Shown: positions 59,739 through 64,000 of the stretch, one piece after another
How the letters are laid out: each line of letters begins with the position of its first letter
Position numbering within the stretch: the stretch's first letter is position 1
DNA from: Deltaproteobacteria bacterium
Lineage (GTDB): Bacteria; Myxococcota_A; Polyangia; Polyangiales; Ga0077539
Assembly (NCBI GenBank): GCA_947477565.1
Contig: CANJUR010000001.1
Coordinates: forward strand, 27,996-91,995
Reading direction: 5' to 3'
Length of the DNA stretch: 64,000 bases
The notes under the pieces: model-generated
Databases searched by the model: none
Seen by the model: the letters and a program-made list of their open reading frames with translations, nothing else
Told to the model about the DNA's origin: nothing
Position numbers and translations under genes: made by a program

Positions 59739-60718
59739 AAGGGGTGAGCGTGAGCGACCTGCGCTTCAGCGTGATCGTGCCGGCGTACAACCGCGCGGGG
59801 ATGATTCTCCGCGCGCTGCGCAGCGTGCTCGCCACCGGCCGCGACGACTTCGAGATCATCGTCATCGACGACTGCTCGACGGACGACACCGCCGCCGTCG
59901 TCGAGGCGCTCGCCGACCCGCGCGTGCGCTTGCTCAGGCAACCCCTGAACGGCGGAGTGTGCGCGGCCCGCAACGCCGGCATCGACGTCGCCCGCGGCCG
60001 CTGGCTGGTGATGCTCGACAGCGATTTCGAGCTGCTCCCGGGCGGGCTCGACGCGCTCGCGGCACGCTGCGACGCGGCCCCGGCGGACGTCGGTAACGTC
60101 GCCACCGTCTGCCGCTGGGATCACGGCCCGGACACCCCCGAGCCCACCCCGACGACCTCGGCGGTGCTCGACTTCCCGGGGTACCTCCGCTTCGTCGCGA
60201 CGCTCGCCGTGAGCGAGTGGTTCAACTGCTACCGCCGGGAGGTCTTCGCAACGATGCGCTTCCCCGGCGGCCGGGCCTACGAGAGCAGCTTCCACCTCGC
60301 CGCCTCCGGCCGCTGGCGCTTCTGGATGTGCATCGACCGGGTGGTGTTGATCCACACCGACGCGACCAACCGCATCACGGCCTCGCCGCCGTTGGCTTTC
60401 GCCCGCCGTCAACTGCGCGACGCCCTCGACGGCGCCGCGGACGCCGACGCCGTACTGCGCGCCTGGACGCCGGAGTTGCGCGCGCACGCCCCGCGGATGC
60501 TCGTGCATTACGAGACGCAGCGCGTGGTGCAGCACCTCCTCGCGGGCCACCGGCTGGAGGCCCTCGACGCATACCTGCACGGCGACGCCGCCCTCCGACG
60601 CTCGGCCCGGCTGACGGGCTTCGTCGCGCTCGGGCTCGTCGGGCCGCGCGCGCTCGCCTACACGCAGGCTTTCGTCTCCGCGCAGCTCCGGCGGCGACGC
60701 GAGACCGCGACCCACTGA
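59735..60718 (+). CDS. Family 2 glycosyltransferase
   Basis: FSVIVPAYNRAGMILRALRSVLATGRDDFEIIVIDDCSTDDT and the LDSDFEL (DxD) motif. Start is ambiguous (GTG 59735, 59744 or 59750). Confidence 0.85.
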   Translation: MKGVSVSDLRFSVIVPAYNRAGMILRALRSVLATGRDDFEIIVIDDCSTDDTAAVVEALADPRVRLLRQPLNGGVCAARNAGIDVARGRWLVMLDSDFELLPGGLDALAARCDAAPADVGNVATVCRWDHGPDTPEPTPTTSAVLDFPGYLRFVATLAVSEWFNCYRREVFATMRFPGGRAYESSFHLAASGRWRFWMCIDRVVLIHTDATNRITASPPLAFARRQLRDALDGAADADAVLRAWTPELRAHAPRMLVHYETQRVVQHLLAGHRLEALDAYLHGDAALRRSARLTGFVALGLVGPRALAYTQAFVSAQLRRRRETATH

Positions 60719-60728
60719 GGCCCCGCCG

Positions 60729-61625
60729 GTGTCCCCCACCGTTGACCAGCTACGAACCTTCCTCACCATCGCCGAAACGCTAAGTTTCCGCTCCACCGCG
60801 CGGGCGCTGGTGGTCGCCCCGGCGGTGGTGAGCGAGCGCGTGCGGCAACTCGAGGCGACGCTCGGGGCGCCGCTCTTCCGACGCACCACACGGTCCGTCG
60901 CTCTCACGGCGCAGGGGCAGGCGTTGATCCCGTTTGCGCGGCGGGCGGTCGAAGCGATGCTCGACTGCGCACACGCCGCGGGCGAGCGGCTCGCGCCTCC
61001 GCACGCGGAGGTCACGCTCGGCGTCGAGCCCGAGGTCGCCGCCCGCTGGGTCGCGCCGCTCCTCGCCCGCTGGGCGCGCCTTCGCGCAGACCTCACCGTG
61101 CATCTCCATGTAGCCGACCACGACGCCCTCCACTCGGCGCTCGTCCGGCAGCAGATCGACGCAGCGGTGCTGGGCCCCACGGTGCGCGACCCCCGGCTGC
61201 TCGCGGTTCCGCTCGTGGGCATCCCGTGGCGCATGGTCGCCGCACCGTCCGCGCTGCGGCGACAGGCGTTGCGCGTCGCCGAGGACACCGCGGCGTTTAC
61301 GTTGCTCGACCGCGCTGCGGCGCTGCCGTGCTTGCGCCCGTGGCTCGACGTCGCGCCCCCGCGGCTGAAGGAGGTGCGCTTCGGCCGGGTGCTCCATCTC
61401 GGGAGCCTCGCGGCCATGGAGCGCGTGGCCCTGGAGGGCGGCGGCGTGGCGGTGCTTCCCGCGCCGATGGTCGCTCGCCACCTTGAGAGCGACGCGCTGC
61501 GGGTGGTCTTCGCGGCGGTGCAACCGTCCACCGCACAGCACTTTGCAGCGCGCCTCGACGACCCGCGGCGGCCGCTGCTCGAGGCTCTCGCGGCGCTCTT
61601 GCGCGACGCCCCGTGGACCAGCTGA
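60729..61625 (+). CDS. LysR family transcriptional regulator
   Basis: N-terminal HTH LRTFLTIAETLSFRSTARALVVAPAVVSERVRQLEATLGAPLFRR; 298 aa; substrate-binding-type C-terminus. Confidence 0.88.
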   Translation: MSPTVDQLRTFLTIAETLSFRSTARALVVAPAVVSERVRQLEATLGAPLFRRTTRSVALTAQGQALIPFARRAVEAMLDCAHAAGERLAPPHAEVTLGVEPEVAARWVAPLLARWARLRADLTVHLHVADHDALHSALVRQQIDAAVLGPTVRDPRLLAVPLVGIPWRMVAAPSALRRQALRVAEDTAAFTLLDRAAALPCLRPWLDVAPPRLKEVRFGRVLHLGSLAAMERVALEGGGVAVLPAPMVARHLESDALRVVFAAVQPSTAQHFAARLDDPRRPLLEALAALLRDAPWTS

Positions 61626-61626
61626 A

Positions 61627-63099
61627 TCAGCCCAGCAGGCCGCGCCAGACGAGCATGCGCAGGTCGGTCATCTCCGCGATGGACGAGCGCACTCCTTCAC
61701 GCCCGTGGCCGGAGTCCTTCACGCCGCCGTAGGGCATCGCGTCCACGCGGAAGGTCGGCCCGTCGTCGAGCACCACGGCGCCGACCTCCAGGCGCTGAAA
61801 CGCCTTCGTCACGAGGGCCAGATCGCGGGTGAAGAGCCCTGCCTGGAGCCCGTACCGGGTGGCGTTGACGGCATCGATCATCGCGTCGGCGTCGCGCCAC
61901 GGGTGCAGCGTCACCGCGGGGCCGAAGAGTTCCTCGTCGCAGAGCTTCATCCCCGGAGCGGCGTCCGCGATCACCGCCGGCGCCACGCGAGCGCCGTCCT
62001 GCGCGCCCCCGACGAGCACCCGCGCACCGCCTGCTACGGCCTCGTCGATCCATCTGCGCACGCGGTCTGCGGCACGGCGGTCGATGAGCGCGCTGCAGAG
62101 CCCGGCGGGGTCCATCGGATCGCTCACCGCGAGCGCCGTCACGCGCGCGCAGAGCCGCTCGGTGAACTCCTTCGCGATCGCCTCGTGGAGGAAGATCCGC
62201 TGTGCCTTGATGCACACCTGCCCGGCGTAGCCGTACCCGCCAATGACGGCGCGATCGAGGGCGCGGTCGAGGTCGGCGTCCGCGGCGACGATGAGCGCGG
62301 CGTTGCCGCCGAGTTCGAGCACCGTCCGCTTGCGCGACGCGAGGGCGCGCAGGTGCCAGCCGACCGCTGCGCTTCCGGTGAAGGAGAGCACCCCGAGGCC
62401 AGGATGGCGCACGAGCGACTCCGCCACGTCCACCGCGCACGGAATCACGGACAATATGGCCGCGGGCACGTCGGTCTCGGCGCACGCGGCAGCGACGACC
62501 TGGGCGAGCAGGGCGGCGGCGAGGGACGCCTGCGGGGCGGGCTTGAGCACCACCGGGGCGCCGACGGCAAAGGCCGGCGCCAGCTTGTGCGCGACGAGGT
62601 TGATCGGAAAATTGAAGGGCGTGATCGCCAGCACCGGGGAGACCGCGACGCGCCGGGTGACCGCCCCGACGGATGCGCCCGCGGGTGTCTGGTCGAGCGG
62701 GATCATTTCCCCACTGACGCGCGTGGCCTCTTCTGCGCCGAGGTGGAAGGTCTGCACTGCGCGATCGACTTCGGCGCGTGCGAGGGCGATGGGCTTGGCG
62801 ACCTCGCGAGCGATGAGGGTGGCGAACTCCTCTCGACGCGCCGCGATCGCGCGCGACACGGCCGCGCAGAGGGCCGCGCGCTGGTAGCCCGGGAGCCGCA
62901 CGGTGGTGGCGAACGCTGCCGTCGCGAGGCGGACGGCCTCCGCCGCGGTGGCTGTATCGGCGAGGGCTACGCGCCCGAGGAGGGCGTCGTCCCAGGGGGC
63001 GCGCACGTCTTCGTGGAGGGAGGTTTCGATCGGTAGGCCGGCGAGCCAGAGGGGAGCGTCCACGACCGGAGTGGTTGCGCGTCCCGGCGGCGGACGCAA
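61627..63099 (-). CDS. NAD(P)-dependent aldehyde dehydrogenase family protein
   Basis: FNFPINL, VLKPAPQ, SFTGSAAVG, LELGGNAALIV, catalytic Cys in GQVCIKAQR, EELFGPA. Confidence 0.85.
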   Translation of the reverse strand: MRPPPGRATTPVVDAPLWLAGLPIETSLHEDVRAPWDDALLGRVALADTATAAEAVRLATAAFATTVRLPGYQRAALCAAVSRAIAARREEFATLIAREVAKPIALARAEVDRAVQTFHLGAEEATRVSGEMIPLDQTPAGASVGAVTRRVAVSPVLAITPFNFPINLVAHKLAPAFAVGAPVVLKPAPQASLAAALLAQVVAAACAETDVPAAILSVIPCAVDVAESLVRHPGLGVLSFTGSAAVGWHLRALASRKRTVLELGGNAALIVAADADLDRALDRAVIGGYGYAGQVCIKAQRIFLHEAIAKEFTERLCARVTALAVSDPMDPAGLCSALIDRRAADRVRRWIDEAVAGGARVLVGGAQDGARVAPAVIADAAPGMKLCDEELFGPAVTLHPWRDADAMIDAVNATRYGLQAGLFTRDLALVTKAFQRLEVGAVVLDDGPTFRVDAMPYGGVKDSGHGREGVRSSIAEMTDLRMLVWRGLLG

Positions 63100-63104
63100 T
63101 CTCT

Positions 63105-63989
63105 TCAGTCGGGGTGTAGCGCCGCTGCGATCTGTCGCGCCGACTCTGCGACACGCGGACCGGGACGCAGAAACATCGGATCGCTCAGCGTGGTGACCCG
63201 ATGCTGACGAACCGCGGGGACATCGAGGCCTGCGAGTTCTTCCCCGAGTTGCGCCCCGTCGGCGTGACCGGTGAGGTCGAGAATCGCCTCCGGGCCTAGC
63301 GCCGCGAGGGCCTCGCGCGGAATCGTCGGGTACCTGCCTCCCGCGGTGACGGCGTTGCGGCCGCCTGCGAGGGTGAGCACCTCATCGATCCATGAGCCGG
63401 GGCCGGCGACGACGAGGGGACGCCGACCGAGGACGACCAGGGTGCGCACCCGCGGTCGCCCCAGGACCCGCGTGCGGACGGCGTCGAGATCGTTCGCGAT
63501 GCGCTGACGGAGCGCCGCGGCCTCTGGAACGCGATGCAGCAGACGGCCCAGCAGGTCGACCCCGGCGAGCATTTCGGCGACGGACTCGACGCGCGGAATC
63601 ACCAGGCGAATTCCGAGCGTTCGCAGCCGGCGCAGCGCGGTGAGGTCTGTCGGCCCTTCGACGCCCACGACGGCGTCGGGCCGTAGCGCTGCGATGCCCT
63701 CGAAGGAGGGGTTGGTCATGCCACCGATACGCGGGAGTCGTGTGACCTCCGGGGGGTAGTCATCGAAGGCCGACACGCCCACCACGCGATCGCCTGCGCC
63801 GAGCGCGAAGACCAGTTCGGTGGCGCTCGGGACGAGGCACACCACTCGCCGCGGCGCTGGGTCCCGGTCATCGAGGGCGGTAAACGACTCTGGCCTCGCG
63901 TCGCGCCCGGGCGCCCTCCCCTGGCATGCGCCGAGGGCGAGCAGCAGCCCCACGGTGCCTCCGAGGAGGCGTCTGCGCGCGGGGCTCAC
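63105..63989 (-). CDS. BtuF/FhuD-type (PF01497-like) periplasmic substrate-binding lipoprotein
   Basis: Lipobox LLLALGAC; RVVCLVPSATELVFALGAGDRVVGVS...ALRPDAVVG; 294 aa. Ends 5 nt upstream of the aldehyde dehydrogenase gene on the same strand. Confidence 0.7.
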   Translation of the reverse strand: MSPARRRLLGGTVGLLLALGACQGRAPGRDARPESFTALDDRDPAPRRVVCLVPSATELVFALGAGDRVVGVSAFDDYPPEVTRLPRIGGMTNPSFEGIAALRPDAVVGVEGPTDLTALRRLRTLGIRLVIPRVESVAEMLAGVDLLGRLLHRVPEAAALRQRIANDLDAVRTRVLGRPRVRTLVVLGRRPLVVAGPGSWIDEVLTLAGGRNAVTAGGRYPTIPREALAALGPEAILDLTGHADGAQLGEELAGLDVPAVRQHRVTTLSDPMFLRPGPRVAESARQIAAALHPD

Positions 63990-64000
63990 CGCGCCTCCAG

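Noticed and set aside
57182-63154. Long ORFs 57182..58669 (-), 59621..61531 (-), 61483..63036 (+) and 61697..63154 (-)
   Set aside because: They are antisense or alternative-frame shadows of the ABC ATPase, GT2/LysR and aldehyde dehydrogenase genes. They carry no recognisable motifs.

Overview
This is a very G+C-rich bacterial chromosomal segment; codon third positions are almost all G/C, so every strand carries long spurious ORFs. It is tightly packed, with about 57 supportable CDS and one tRNA-Pro(GGG). I chose genes by recognising family motifs in the translated ORF track, by third-position bias, and by signal peptides or lipoboxes. No database search was possible. The gene style suggests Myxococcota, which is inference only: many Cys-rich or TPR/HEAT lipoproteins, a large Ser/Thr-kinase-like protein, a mevalonate operon and T2SSE_N-domain proteins.

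Content from left to right:
- A Cys-rich partial ORF runs without a stop into a PEBP lipoprotein gene.
- A frameshifted IS91-family transposase remnant follows; it is the only trace of a mobile element.
- tldD-pmbA-vWA operon, then an SDR gene.
- An 845-aa T2SSE_N/GAF-like/HEAT protein, then prmA-rsmE.
- A kinase-like protein with degenerate catalytic motifs and TPRs.
- Cys-rich lipoproteins, an ABC-F ATPase, and a GT-C-like membrane protein co-transcribed with a lipoprotein of about 98 Cys built from knottin-like modules.
- A DUF4397-like lipoprotein, an RCK potassium channel and upp.
- A minus-strand operon: tldD-like, pmbA-like, cytochrome c, tsaE, prkA.
- An aldo/keto reductase, tRNA-Pro, surE and apt.
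- A tightly coupled four-gene operon: unknown 551-aa protein, formyltransferase paralogue, lipoprotein, ybaK.
- A Nudix gene with a damaged Nudix box, nagZ, and a 1340-aa secreted TPR+HEAT protein.
- A five-gene, translationally coupled polyprenyl-synthase/mevalonate operon.
- Three 43-bp direct repeats in front of a duplicated ABC ATPase/permease operon.
- bcp, a GT2 gene, a LysR regulator, an aldehyde dehydrogenase and a BtuF-like binding protein.

I saw no CRISPR array, rRNA, integrase or recognisable defence system. The best candidates for something undescribed are the knottin-module lipoprotein with its GT-C partner, the formyltransferase/YbaK four-gene operon, the TldD/PmbA-cytochrome c-TsaE-PrkA operon, and the 43-bp repeat array.
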